A DNA stretch of 64,000 bases from Octopus bimaculoides. Lineage: Eukaryota. Position 1 is the first letter of the stretch; every line of letters starts with the position of its first letter. The translations under genes and the position numbers were made by a program. Shown in pieces: positions 49,304-63,111 of the stretch. The stretch spans positions 998,914 through 1,062,913 of the forward strand of contig NC_068990.1 in assembly GCF_001194135.2 (NCBI RefSeq), written 5' to 3'. The notes below the pieces were generated by a model that was given only the letters and a program-made list of their open reading frames with translations, was not told where the DNA came from and did not search any database.

Positions 49304-52300
49304 TACGTATATACAGAGAGAGAGAGAGAGAGGCATAACGGTGTTAAGAAAATTTACTTTTAAACCATATTGTTGTGTGTTCAGTCCCACTGCATGTTGA
49401 AGTGTGGGATGATTAGTACCTTGTGAGTGGAATATGCTACATTGAAACTAAGCAGAAGCCCATTATCATTATACCTGCATGTGTAAGTGTGTGTATGTGT
49501 GTGTGTGTGTGGGGGGGATTCGTTTATCCCAGGTTAAAATCTAGTGTTCTTTGCTAATGTTTTTGTCTCTTCGTGTTCTAGAAAATAATAGAATAAGTTC
49601 CACATTGAAATAAGTACTGGGATTACAATCCTTACCGCAAATCCTTGCAAGCAGTACTCCAGTAATGGCTGCAGACCAAATGAGTGAAACCAATGCAAAA
49701 TATATATTTGCACATAGCACATGCACTGTGCACCTGTGAGTCTATTTCTGCAATGCTTCGTCTCTTTCTAATTCTAAACTGAATAACCATCTTGTCATTA
49801 TGAATGGCAGTGAGCATGCATAGAAAACCATTTTGTAAGGAAATATTTCGATAGCTTTTATTGATGGTTGATACTCCTCACATAAACTACTTCCTTTTCT
49901 CTCACCATCTTCCAGTCCTTTTCCTTCCATTCACATATACATCAAACTCAGACATGAAGACACCACCATTTTTTTATAATGGTGTTTCATGGCAGCTGGC
50001 TTTTTGCATTTTTTTTTTTTTTTTTTTTTTTTTTTTGTTTTTACACACTAGGAAAGTTAGAAATTTAAATTAAAAATAGTAAATAAAAAATAAAGAATCA
50101 CAAAAGCAAAGAAATTTACACATAAGATTTTTAAAAAAATCCAAATAAATGTCAACAATTGGTTAAGCACATTAAATCAGAACTTGCTAATTTGCTTACT
50201 CTATTTTTACTTCGAGGAAATTCTTCGAATAAATGCTATTATTTGTTTTTATATTTTTTCCTTTAAAACTAAAAAGTATTTTTTCCTGTAATGTGTGTAT
50301 ATATATTAATATTAATGTTCATGCTCCATGCCTCTCCATTTTTTTCCCTAATGAAATGTGAGTTGCTGAAATTTTGAAATAAACACATATACACATACAC
50401 ATATATATACATATATATATGTATACACACACACATATATATATATATAGAGAGAGAGAGAGAAAGAGGCATGTATGCACATATGTGTGCATGTGTTTTG
50501 TAAACTTTTAGAAGATTTTACTAAGTGAATGGAAAACTTAAATATTTAATCTTTGTCTGGGAAAATATAATCTGCACAGATTCAAAGAAATTATTATTAT
50601 TATTATTGTTAATAATAATAATAATAATAATAATATTTCTTCAAACTGCTAACCTAACAATGACTAACCTTTGCAGATTAAAAGATCAGCTTTTCCATAA
50701 AAAAAAAAAAAAACAGAAATATAAATGAAATAGGAAAAAAAGTCCATTACACACACACACACACACACATTTCTTTCTTGTATGCATCTGGTAAAAAGTT
50801 TTCATCTGAAATTCTTGTGGTGAAACAAATATTGAATCACGTGGCTGAAATCAGTGAGCAGGTCACAGAAAATTTAATGAAAAGAAAGTGATACACGGAA
50901 TAAAATAATTAAACAGATACAAAAATTAATAATGTTTAAAAATAATTAGATTGTGGATATAACTATTTATAAAAATGAATCTTCTTAAAAACAACTAATG
51001 TCTATCATCATCATTATCTTTTAATGTTCTCTTTTCTGTGCTTGCATGGGCAAGATGGAATTTGTTGAAGCGAATTTTTTTTATGATTGTTTCCAGGCAA
51101 GGTAAACATTTCTCCATGACCAGATGTATTTCTCATGGAAAAATGAAAATGAACAACATTCGCTTGCGAAGACCTGTTGAGGCAAGTGAAATCGAAATCA
51201 AAGTAAATTCGACGGCTGGCACCCATGCCAACATCTCTTTCATTGGACACTAAACTCGGCTTGCAAAGACCAGTTGGGGCAAGTGAAAGCGAAATTGTGA
51301 TGGCACCTGTACCAGTGGAGTGCTAAGAGCACCGTCCGAGCGTGATCGTTGCCAGAGCAGCTGTCTGGCTTCCGTGCCAGTGGCATGTAAATAGCACCAT
51401 TTGAGTGGCACTTGTGCCGGTGGCATGTGTAAAGACATTTGAGCGAGATCATTGTAAGTGCCGCTGGACTGGCTCCTGTGCAGGTGGCACGTAAAATACA
51501 CCATTTTGAGCGTGGCTGTTGCCAGTGCCACCTGAATGGCCTTCGTGCTGGTGGCATGTAAAAGCACCCACTACACTCTTGGAGTGGTTGGTATTAGGAA
51601 GGGCATGCAACTGTAGAAACTCTGCCAAATCAGATTGGAGCCTGGTGTAGCCACCTGGTTCACCAGTCCTCAGTCAAATCATCCAACCCAAGCTAGCATG
51701 GAAAGCGGACGTTAAACGATGATGATGATGATGCCCATTTACAACCAGTATGTCATATCAAGACACATACATGTGTTGCAAGCCTGCAAGATTAGGGATG
51801 CTCAGCTGGAGAGGGATGCAGGGGACATGCCTGTATGCAAGGACAACCTTGATTTTACGATTCTACTTAGCTTGACATATCCTCTCAAGCACAGCAAACC
51901 ACCAGGAACCTTGGTCCTCTGCCATCCCTTCTGTGAGGCCCAACATCTGAAGATCCTTTTCCACTACTTTGTCTCATGTCTTCCTGGGTCTCAATTTTAC
52001 TTAGCTTGACATGTCTTCTCAAGTACAGCAAACCACCAGGAGTCTCGGTCCTCTGTGAGGATCGACACACACACACACAACACACTTCCAGTTTCTGCCA
52101 GTAAAATCCCTTCACAAGGTTTTAGTTGACCCAGGGCTATAGTAGAAGACACTTGCCCAAGGTGTCACACATTGAGATTAAACCCAAGACTATATAGTTA
52201 AGAAGCAAGCTGACAACTACAATAATCATGAGTAAAACACAATAAATGAGGTTAATAGTTCCATAAAGAACAGGGGAACTGTTAATGCATTTTATTTTTT

Positions 52301-53469
52301 CTTGAGTTTTAGGACATATAATCTTTTCTTGGTTTCCATGGCAAATAAATGGCTGAGATCCCTGGTCCAAAGCAGGACTCAAGATCAGCAATTTTTGAAG
52401 GAAGGGGATAAGTCAGATCAACCTCAATACTTGACTGATACATTATTTTATTGACCTCGAATGGGATGAAAGATAAAGGTGACCTCAGTGGAATTTGAAC
52501 TAAGGAAGCAAAGAGCTGGAAGAAATGCTGCTTAGCATTTCGTCCATCATGCTAATGATTCTGCAAGCTCGTTGCCTTTTAGGAAAGGAAAACATTTCAT
52601 TAAATCAACACTACAATTATTTGACTTGTTCTTTTATCAACACTAAGATAATGAAAGCAGAAATTAACACCAAAAGGATTTGAACTTAGAATAGGATGGG
52701 GCATTTCTAAATACTATTAAGGATTTTGTTCAGTATTCTATCAATCCTGTTAATAAAAATTCCCGACATAAGCACAAGGCTAGAAATTTGGAGAGCGAGA
52801 AAAATCAATTGCATTGATGCCAGTACTTGACTGTAACTTATTTTACTGATATTTGAAGGATGAAAGGCAGTATTGACTTGGCAGGATTTGAACTCAGAAT
52901 GTAAAGAGATGAAACAAATAGAGTGAGGCATTTTACCCAACCCTCTGACTAGTCTGTCAACCTATCACCATCTATGTCAAGTACTACAGTCAATATAATT
53001 TATTATCCCTTCTCTTCTAAATTTGATGCCTATGTCTAAGGAATCAATATAAATAAAAAGTTCAATATTGAAATGGTTTATTTTCATTGTAATTTCTAGC
53101 TTGACCATTAGGTTTTGTTATTGATTTAATTAAAGGGCCAGTTATTGATTAGACTGGGCTTGTTCAGCATATGTAAACACCAGCTCAGTGAAGGACCTCA
53201 ACAGTAGAGGATTTTATTTGTGCATAAACAGATACTTATGTCGTCAGAGAAGTAATTTTAATATGTATAGGAGTGATACATTACTCTGCCAGTCTTAACC
53301 TACTAAAATATCATTTGAATTTCTAAATAAATGTACTTCTTTTATTCCTCCACATTTGACTGTTAGTATTGGTATGAAAAGGAAACATGGTTTATGGTTT
53401 CCAATTCCTTTCAGTTAGTATTTCATCTGAATTTTGGATGGGGTAATTCATTATATGTAAAAGTACTTA

Positions 53470-54380
53470 CAGAATCTCAGAATTTATCCAATCTTTTGTT
53501 CCTATAGTTTGGTTACTTTTATTTTGTCCAATTGATTCCTCAATATTTTCTTTACTAAACAGTTCTTCTGCTTGGTCTGATTTTCCACAGAAGTTCAGAA
53601 ATATCATCTTGCATTTCATCAAAATCAGAGTTTTATAATGTTGAAGTGATTTTGAATTCATTTGGGAGAATTTGAATTTATTCTGTCAATAGGGTTTTGA
53701 GTTAAAGCAATTAATTATTTTCGGTATCTTGCATTTGGTTTCTACCATAGAATGACAAAATTTCTGTTGAGTCAAACTAAAAAATGAAAATGATCTCTTA
53801 TTTCCCAATCTATTGTGTTGGTATTTCTGAAATTCTATTTACCATGTTTTCATCCAGTCTCCTATAAGAATTCTGTTCACTTGCTGGGTTAGATTGTGTT
53901 TGACCTTGTTTTGAATTGTCTTTTGAGTTATATTTTCTATTTGTTTGCATATAATGGTTTCTCTGATTCTGTGAAACATTCTGTATTGACGAATAGGAAC
54001 TTGTCTCCTCTAATAAAGTTGTTTTCTCATCTAAGTCTTTTGGAACTAACAAGATTGTTTTTCTATCCATTACGACTATTGGTTTTCCTGTTTGGCACTT
54101 GTTTAACTACTTGCACACAGGATTTGCAGATTTTCATTTATTTCATGAACTTTCCTTTTGACATTCTTCTTTACAAATTTAATGTTACAACATAGTGAGC
54201 AATTGGGTTTATTTGAAATTTCCACTTCCATTTACTCCTTAATTAATTTCGTAATAATTTGATTTCCTTTCTGAATGTAGCTAGTGCCATCTTTTTCCTG
54301 AGTCTTCTTTGTTGCTTAGGGTCATCATGAATAAGCTTAAGAAGTAATTTTCTTGGATGAAAGACAGGTGTTGAATTAAT
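53470..54380 (-). mobile_element. Non-LTR retrotransposon ORF2 remnant (endonuclease-RT linker and RT start)
   Basis: FSKENIEESIGQNKSNQTIGTKDWINSEIL resembles the EI..AI..LK..KAPG.D.I..E.L motif; multiple stops and frameshifts. Confidence 0.45.
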
Positions 54381-57300
54381 CCACTTTTTATAGTTTCTTT
54401 GACCAGTTAGTAATATCAGAACACAATCTCCCTAACACTACACCCTGTTGTCTGAAAAGAGAAATAACAGACAATATAACCCATGTTTCTATATCTCTAA
54501 AAACATGTGATAGCCATAGCTAGAATGTTTGTCGTCAGAAGTTTGCTTCATCAGGGGTAACTTGGGGCTAAACAACATCATCAAAATTGATCTTATGAGG
54601 AAACTTGCAATGGATCATCATCATCACAGACTAGGGTTTTCTTTCCATGCTGGCATGAGTTAAATGGTTTGACTGAAACTGGTAAGCTAGGGAGCTGCAC
54701 CAGGTTCCAATCTGAATTGGTATGGTTTTTACGGCTAGATGCNNNNNNNNNNTCCAATCTGAATTGGTATGGTTTTTACGGCTGGATGCCCTTCCAAGTA
54801 CCAACCACTCCAAGTGTGTAATGGGTGCTTTTTATGTGCCACTGGCACAGGTGTCAATTACATGACATCAGCATCGGCTACAACTATGCTTTCAGTTGGC
54901 TTGATGAGTGTTCTCAAGCACAGCATTTTGCCAAAGATCTCAGTTATTTATCATTGCCTCTGTGAGGCCCAACATTCAAAGTGTATCATAACCATAGCTG
55001 ACAGGCACAAAAACTGAATTGAAGGTAGCAAGCTTGACTTCTTTTTAATTTTTTTAATCAACATCTCCACTTCAGGAGATCAAATACTGAAGCTAGCACA
55101 TCACTGTGCCAGCAACTGCAATTCTAGCATCCAATTCAACGTTTTGCCTCCTATTACATGTGAGTATGGTTCCATGAAAGTTAAACGACTTCTTTTGTCC
55201 CACACAAGAACACTTATCTCAAGTTCTGGAGGTGAAATATTTGTAACAAAAGTTAGTGACTTACATAAGTGTTACTCAGTTTCACGTGTAGAAAAGCATT
55301 TCTGATTGTTCCATTACTGTTGATGTAAATAGCTAGATAGCCACAAGTTTTAATGAAGGCTGAATGATGTTGGATAATGTATATAGTTCTCACCCATTAG
55401 TCAGCTCTGCTCACATGATAGACTCAATAGCTGAATGATTGCTTGCTGTTGTAATGGCTGCTGGCCATTATTGAACAATTGCTGAATGAGGGACATCTGT
55501 CATGCAATAAATACAAGTCGTCTCTTTTCTTTAATTAGAAAAGTCCAGTAAATATTTTGCAAAATTTATGAAATAGTACTTATAATTTATGGCTTAAAAT
55601 TAATAGATAACTCCAGACAACAGTAATAAAGAAATTCATACTTCTTGTTTATGGAAGTTTATGGATGCAGTAGGTAGTTTCAATATGGGAAGTTCCTTGG
55701 AGATACAATGACAGAATGTTACGTACTCTGTGCAAATAATAAGAGACCTTGTCAAGTATGTTGGTTTTTACAGGGAAAGTTATTTCACTGGTCCAAATTT
55801 TCAAGGTAAAAATGACACAGAGGGTAGAATTTCTCCTAGGATTTGAAGGAATACACATGCTGAAGAAAGCTTCCTTTGAAATTGTTGGTTGAATCTCATG
55901 TACTTTCTCAATAACAAAATGTGAACTACTGACCAAACATTCAGTAAGTAGTTCACTGGTATAACCTCACAGCCAGTGTGTCTATATTCATACAAACATA
56001 TGCATACTTATACACATGCGTACATTCATATACACATATATTCACTTACATTCATATGTCTGTACTTCCTGTCTGCTATCATGAATGGCCAGGAAATTAC
56101 CCTCCTATTTCTGCTTCTTTATTGAGTTCAGTGTGTGTGTATCTATACATAACAGAGATTGAGACAGTCTACCATGTTATGTTATGTGTGCATGTGCATA
56201 TATGGCTGCATAAGTGTAAAAATAACCTACGTATATCTTCCTACCTACATGTTACACATACAACAAAAGAACTTAACCTATTGATATAAGAATTACATTC
56301 TCACACATACATATATGCAAAAAAAGTTCCAAGTTATACATATTTCTCTCTCTTTCTCTCTCATACACACACATATATATCCACATCCAATTCCATGTAA
56401 GAATTGCATTAAAGTATGAGTGAGTGGGTGTACATATCACTCTTCCAGCAATATACTTTAATATAAGTTTTGCATTAGTAAATACACACACATAGACACA
56501 CTCGTAGCAGGAAATTATATTGAAGAGAATTTAGTTGACAATATCTTTTTTGTCTCAGACAAATGTAGAGAGGGTCAGATATCAATGAAATCATTTTAAT
56601 GTCCTGTTATATGTTGGTTAAAGACGGAAATTACCAAATGGAAGAGAATAATTCTATCAAAATATAATGATGAAGGTACTGAAAGAAAATTTGAGAAAAA
56701 AAAAAACCTTAGAAAGAAGTAAACATCACAACAGAATATATATTATCGATGCCAGAATAATAGGACACGAGAGGAAATGTAATGTAGTAGTTAATTATGA
56801 CCCTTTACATTCTGAGTTCAAATCCTACTGAAGTCAACTTTGCTATTCATCCTTGCCTGAGTGTGATGAAGTGAGGTGGAGTGATTAAATGAATTATCAA
56901 GTACCAGTCAAATGGTGAAGTGGATTTGATATATCTACAATGTATCCTCAAAATGAATGTGAGTCTAATAGAGGATGACAGAACTGTCTCCATCTTCAAA
57001 TGTGTGGCCATATATTCTTTTGTTTCAGTCATTTGACTGTGGCCATGCTGGAGCACCGCCTTTAGTCGAACAAATCAACCCCAGGACTTAGTCTTTATAA
57101 GTCCAGTACTTATTCTATCAATCTCTTTTGCTGAACTGCTAAGTGACAGGGGATGTAAACACACCAATACCGGTTGTCAAGCAATGGTGGGAGGACAAAC
57201 ACAGACACAGACACACACACATATATATACGACAGGCTTCTTTCAGTTTCCATCAACCAAATCCACTCACAAGGCTTTGGTTAGCCTGAGGCTATAGTAG

Positions 57301-60300
57301 AAGACATTTGCTCAAGGTGCCATGCAATGGGAATGAGAACCCAGAACCATGTGGTTGGTAAGCAAGCTACTTACTACATAAAAACAAAAAAAAAAATCAT
57401 TACTGTAGTTATTCTAATTATTTATTATTAAAGGGACAACCTGGTAAAATTGTTAGTGCATTGGACAAAATGTTTAGTGGTAATTTTTGTGGCTCTTTAC
57501 ATTCAGAGTTCAAACTCTGCCAAGGCTGACTTTCCCATGAGCACTGGGGCCAATGTAATCAACTTCCCCACTTCCCCAAACTTGCTGGCCTTGTGCCAAA
57601 ATTTGAAATCATCATCATCATCATCATTATTACTGAGGTTGTTGTAGTCAACCACCACCCCACTACAAAATTCTTAACCTTGTGCCAAAATTAGAAAGAG
57701 TTACTATTATTGTTGGAGGTTGATGTAATCAAGTGACCCCTAATGCTGCTGGCCTTGAGCAAAAATTTGAAGTAATTAAAAATATTACATTCTCGGTTCA
57801 AATCAGACCTGAGGTCGACTTTGCTTTTCAACCTTTAAGTATCAATATAAAAAAAGTACTAGTCATGTACTGGGGCCACAGTAACTGGTTAACCCATTCC
57901 TTAGAAAACTGCTAGCCTTATACCAAAATCGGAAGGCAGTGAGCTAGCAGAATAGTAAGAGAATCAGAAAAACTGCTTTTCATTGAGTTCTTTACATTTT
58001 GAGTTCAAATCCCACTAAAGTCAACTTTGACTTCTATCCCTTCAGGGTTTGATAAAATAAAGTACCAGTTTAAGCACTGGGGTTGATATAATTAACATCA
58101 TCCCGTCAAAACAACTGGCTTTGTGTCTAAATTACACACCCACACCAACACACTGAGCTTTTTTCAGTTCCTCTCGTCCAAATTCTCTTGCAAGGTTTCG
58201 GTTGATCCAGGGCATTAGTAGAAGATAGTTGCCCAAGGTGCCACAAAACAGGACCGAATCTAAAACTATGTGGTTGGGTAGCAAACTCCAGTCACACAGC
58301 TAAGCCTGTCTATGTATTTCTAGTCATTTAATTTTTTATCATCATCAAAACCATTCTGTATTCCCACATTCTCCATTCATTATGGGAAATTTCTTTTCCA
58401 AATATCTTGCCCATCAGCCAATTGAAAGACCACCTGGGTGTCTTAATTTTTTTCCATATATTTTGAATTACAGATTTCCTGCACAACTCTTTTGGTTTTG
58501 TCAAAAGATCAGTAATGTGAAACTAAGTTGGAAAATATTAGAAGACGGCTTTAACGCACACATCTATCTCACTCTCCTTTCACTGGCAAGCACTCTTCTT
58601 CACACATATACACACCCTTGTTTACAATGGCAAGTTCATCTACATATAAATACACATGCATATATGTCTGTGTATCATTATTATGACGTATTTTAAAACC
58701 AACACAAATATTTTAAAAAATTCAAACAGGAAATTAAATAAGTGATATTCTAAATCCAATTACCAGATTCAATTTATTCATTTTTTTTAAAAAGCATTTT
58801 GTCAAGGTTATGTTTGTTTGTTGTATTAATGTTGTTATTTCCCTACATGTGGTGGACTCATTAATTGAAATAATGCTTATTTTTCCTGTTGTATTTTAGA
58901 GGAGTCACATTTGACATTTATTCAATGTTTAGCTTTCTTTTATAGTTAATATCAATTATATATATTATGTAGGGTGTGTGTGCATGTGCATGTGAATATA
59001 TGTATGAGTGCAACAATAGCTGCATAGTTCAGAAGTTCATTCTTCAATCATATGGTTTAGGATTCTATCCCACTGCATGGCACCTTGGGCAAGTGTCATC
59101 TCCTATAGCCCTGGATAAACCAATGATTTCTGAGAGAATTTGGTAGCAGGAAACTGTATGAACCAATTCTCTCAGTCAAGCCACATGAAATTGTAGTCAT
59201 GGTCAATGCCAATGTTATAGAACTGGCACCCGTGCTGGTGGCACAGAAAAAGCATTCATCGAACTTTGGGCCTCATGGAGGCAGTGACAAGTAACCAAGA
59301 CATTTGGCAATATAATGTGCTTGAGAAGAGTTGCGAAGCCAAGTGAGATTGTAGTGGTGGCTGATTCCACTGTCAGGTAACTGGCACCTGTGCCAGTGAC
59401 ATATAAAAAGCACCCACTACACTCTTGGAGTAGTTGGCATTAGGAAGGGCATTCAGCTGTAGAAACCTTGTCAAATCAGATCGGAACCTGATTCAGCTCC
59501 CCCAGCTTAACAGTTTTCAGTCAAACCATCCAACCCATGCCAGCATGGACAATGGACATTAAATGATGGTGATATATATAATGTATTGAGAGTGACTGCA
59601 CACAACTTGATGAAAGCAAAAATTTGATATCACTGTCAATCCTATTCTTCATAAAGAATTGTATTTCAGGCTTGGCTGTGTGGTAAGAAGCTAGCTTCCC
59701 AACCACATGATTCTGGCTTCAGTCCTATTGCATGGCACTTAGGGCAAGTGTCTTCTACTATAGCCTTGGGCCGACCAAAGCCTTGAGTGGATTTGGTAGA
59801 TGGAAACTGAAAGAAGCTTGTTGTGTGTGTGTTCCCACACCACCGCTTGACAACTGGTGCTGGAGTGTTATATCCTCATAAATTAATAGTTTGGCAAAAA
59901 ATCAGTAGAATAAGTACTAAGCTTTAAAAAATAAGAACTAGGGTTGATTCATTTGACCAAAATTCTTCAAGATAGGGCCTCAACATAGCCGCAGTCTAAT
60001 GACTGAAACAAATAAAATATAAAAGATATATATATATATATATAAATATACATTTGTATATATATATATACACATTTGTATGTATCGCCATGTTGGACTG
60101 CTGAACTCTATACATTTTTCTTCATTCTCTCCCTATTTATTTCCTCTTATTCCTTTCTGTCAAAGAGCAAAGGCTCAAAATGTAAAAGACCTCTCCAGTT
60201 TTCCTGAGCATCAAACTAATAACTTGCTTCTTGTTCCTACACCTGTCTTTGTCTTTTGTCTTTCTATAAATTTAAACTATGTATGTGCTTGTTCATTGTG

Positions 60301-60903
60301 CTACTTCATTAATGCTAGCATCAGTCTCACAGATATATTTTTGAGGCACTGCTTTATAACCCTAACCCATCCAGTCCCTGTTATAACTTATGTTTCCAAA
60401 GTGTGTGAGTGTGTGTATAGTTTTCTTTTTATCAACAATCATGAATTGTTCTGATGATTAGACTGTTAGTTTCCTCCTCGTCATCTTTGTATATATGTGC
60501 ATTCACATGCATATCTAATTCTGATTCAATATCTTTTTCTCCTCCATTTTTTAATACTGGCTTATGATATATTTATACCTATAATGATATCTTTCAACTA
60601 TTATTTTCATATTCTTATTCCTGGCTCTGGATATTTTTTTATGAATATGATGAATCTTTATTAGAAATCAGTCTCCACACCCATTGAAACTTTTTCTGAA
60701 AAATAAAACAACACTCCCCTCCTCTTACCTTCTACCTATAGAGCCATCAGTAGCCTTACCTTATCATGCATTGTATCCCCTTCTCCAACATCTCAAAAAC
60801 CCATCCACTCCCTGGTCTTTTGCATATAGCTCTATAAAAACAATCAGTAGGTAACTCCCATTAGAAAAACACAGTACATGTGAGCCTCTTAAGAAATCTA
60901 TTT

Positions 60904-60990
60904 TCCCTGATGAAGGAGGTGGCATCCAATTATGAATGTAAATATCTTTTATATGACTGGATACCTGGACCCCCAGAAACGGCTGTAGGA
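60904..60990 (+). ncRNA. Type-I hammerhead ribozyme motif with intact catalytic core
   Basis: TCC-CTGATGA-[long imperfect stem II: aggaggtggcatcca...tggatacctggaccccca]-GAAA-C-GGCT-GTA-GGA. All conserved core nucleotides and a GUA cleavage triplet are present; stems I and III are minimal. Confidence 0.65.
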
Positions 60991-61815
60991 TTATTAACTG
61001 GATTAGTAACACCCAAACTTTTTATCTTATAGACTCTTAACTCTTTTTATGATTTCGTTTTATAATCTGTAAGTCGATCTACATATGTATTTATTTTTCC
61101 AATATATTTTTAATGTATATATTTATATATTTTTACAAGTATATTTTTAATATGTTTGATGTATTGAACATACTTTTGGAGAAATTCATCCATGTTGGGT
61201 CTAAATGTATATGTGAACTTGATTTGCCTAACTGTGATTCATACTTCTACATTATTCTATCGCCTCAGGTTTGAATATCTTGAGCACTTCAAAGTGAAGT
61301 ATATGCATTGGAGAAAATCTTTTTCATATATACATATCATCATCATTTAACGTCCGTTTTCCATGCTGGCATGGGTTGGATGGTTCGACTGGGGTCTGGG
61401 AAGCCAGGAGGCTGCACCAGGCCCCAATCTGATCTGGCAGTGTTTCTACAGCTGGATGCCCTTCCTAATGCCAACCACTCCAATAGTGTAGTGAGTGTTT
61501 TTTACATGCCACCGGCACATATACACACACACATACATATATATATATATACACACATTTATATAATTTAATATATACAATCACAAAAGAGCTAGTAGTT
61601 TCATACTTTAAGAGACATTCAACTGGCAAATTATATAACATTGCATGTTATAAATTTGCCAATGTAATGCATCTTAAACTATGAAACTATTAGTACCTCT
61701 GTTATGGTTGCGTATATTAAATGATATTTATCTCTCACTGGATAGAGTACTTTTTTGTTGATCCTACCTATAATATATATATATATATATACACATACAC
61801 ATGCACACACTATAC

Positions 61816-61851
<36 letters not shown>

Positions 61852-62342
61852 TATGTGTATACTGTTTTAAATAGATTGCAGTATTTAAGACCATAGCACT
61901 TTAAGATGAAATTCTGAACTTAACTATCTGATAAATACAATATAGAATAAAATGAATATCAGAAGTAGTACTACAGCTGAAGTGGGCATGCCATCATGGC
62001 CTCAGACCAATGACTGAAACCAGTAAACATTTATATCAGAAGATATTTCGCAATTTATCCTAAAGTAATATTTCGGAATAGTAATTTCTGGAGAGAGCAT
62101 TAAACCTGATCTTCAACCTGTTTAAGCCTTATCAGTTTTAGTGTGCTGAGAATTGCAAATGTGCTCTCTTAGTTGGTTTGTGTGTGTGTGTATCCATGCC
62201 TTGATGTTATGTGATGTCTAGTCATAGAGAAATATTATCTCACTGCACAGCACCTCAGGTAAATCTCATAGCACCAGACCAACCAACGACTTACAAGTGG
62301 ATCTGACAGATGGAAACTGAAAGAAGCCAGACGTGTGAGAGG

Positions 62343-62382
<40 letters not shown>

Positions 62383-63077
62383 CAAGGTGGCAGGGAATAT
62401 CATTGTTAATTGCTATCTCTATCTAATTTTTTTGAGATAGTAGAAGTGGAAGGTTGACATATGAAGACTATCTCCTTAGCTAAGCAGTTAAAATTAAGAG
62501 GGCTATTATTTGAGTTAGTACAATTGCAGATAGTTGTACTGAATTAGGTTATAGTGGATACAATACTTTTGCAGAATTTCTATTAAAGATTTTATGGTTT
62601 TTGTCCTGACACGGAAATATTGTAAATATGGGGCAACAGCTTCTTAATTATAGGGAGATCTAAACCAGTACATTTTTCAGGACCCATTTCTATTGTCCCT
62701 TGTTATTAGCACCATGCAGTGGTTTTAAATGATCAGTAACACGAGACAAGCAATGTCATTCATTTTCAGTCTTCTGTTAAGAACAGGACTGGCCATGGGG
62801 AAGTGATGAAGGGTGGTGAGAGAAAGGGCATCCAGCCACAGAAGATCTGCCTCAACGAATTCTATCCAAGCCCTGCAAGCATGGACAAAGCGGACATAAA
62901 ATAGAATGATGATATGTAGACATAGATATGGCTGTGTGGTAAGAAGGCTTGATTCCCAGCCATGTGGTTTCAGGTTCAGTCTCACTGTGTGGTAGCTTGG
63001 GTAACTGTCTTCTACTATAGCCCTGAGCTAACCAAAGCCTTGTTTGGTAGATGGAAACTAAAAGCTGCATGTTGTGA

Positions 63078-63111
<34 letters not shown>

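Noticed and set aside
50784-50892. Plus-strand peptide KQILNHVAEISEQVTENLM resembling RhoGAP HL..V...N.M
   Set aside because: Wrong strand, no splice sites, and the true segment is already supplied by exons 24691-24784 and 20109-20256.
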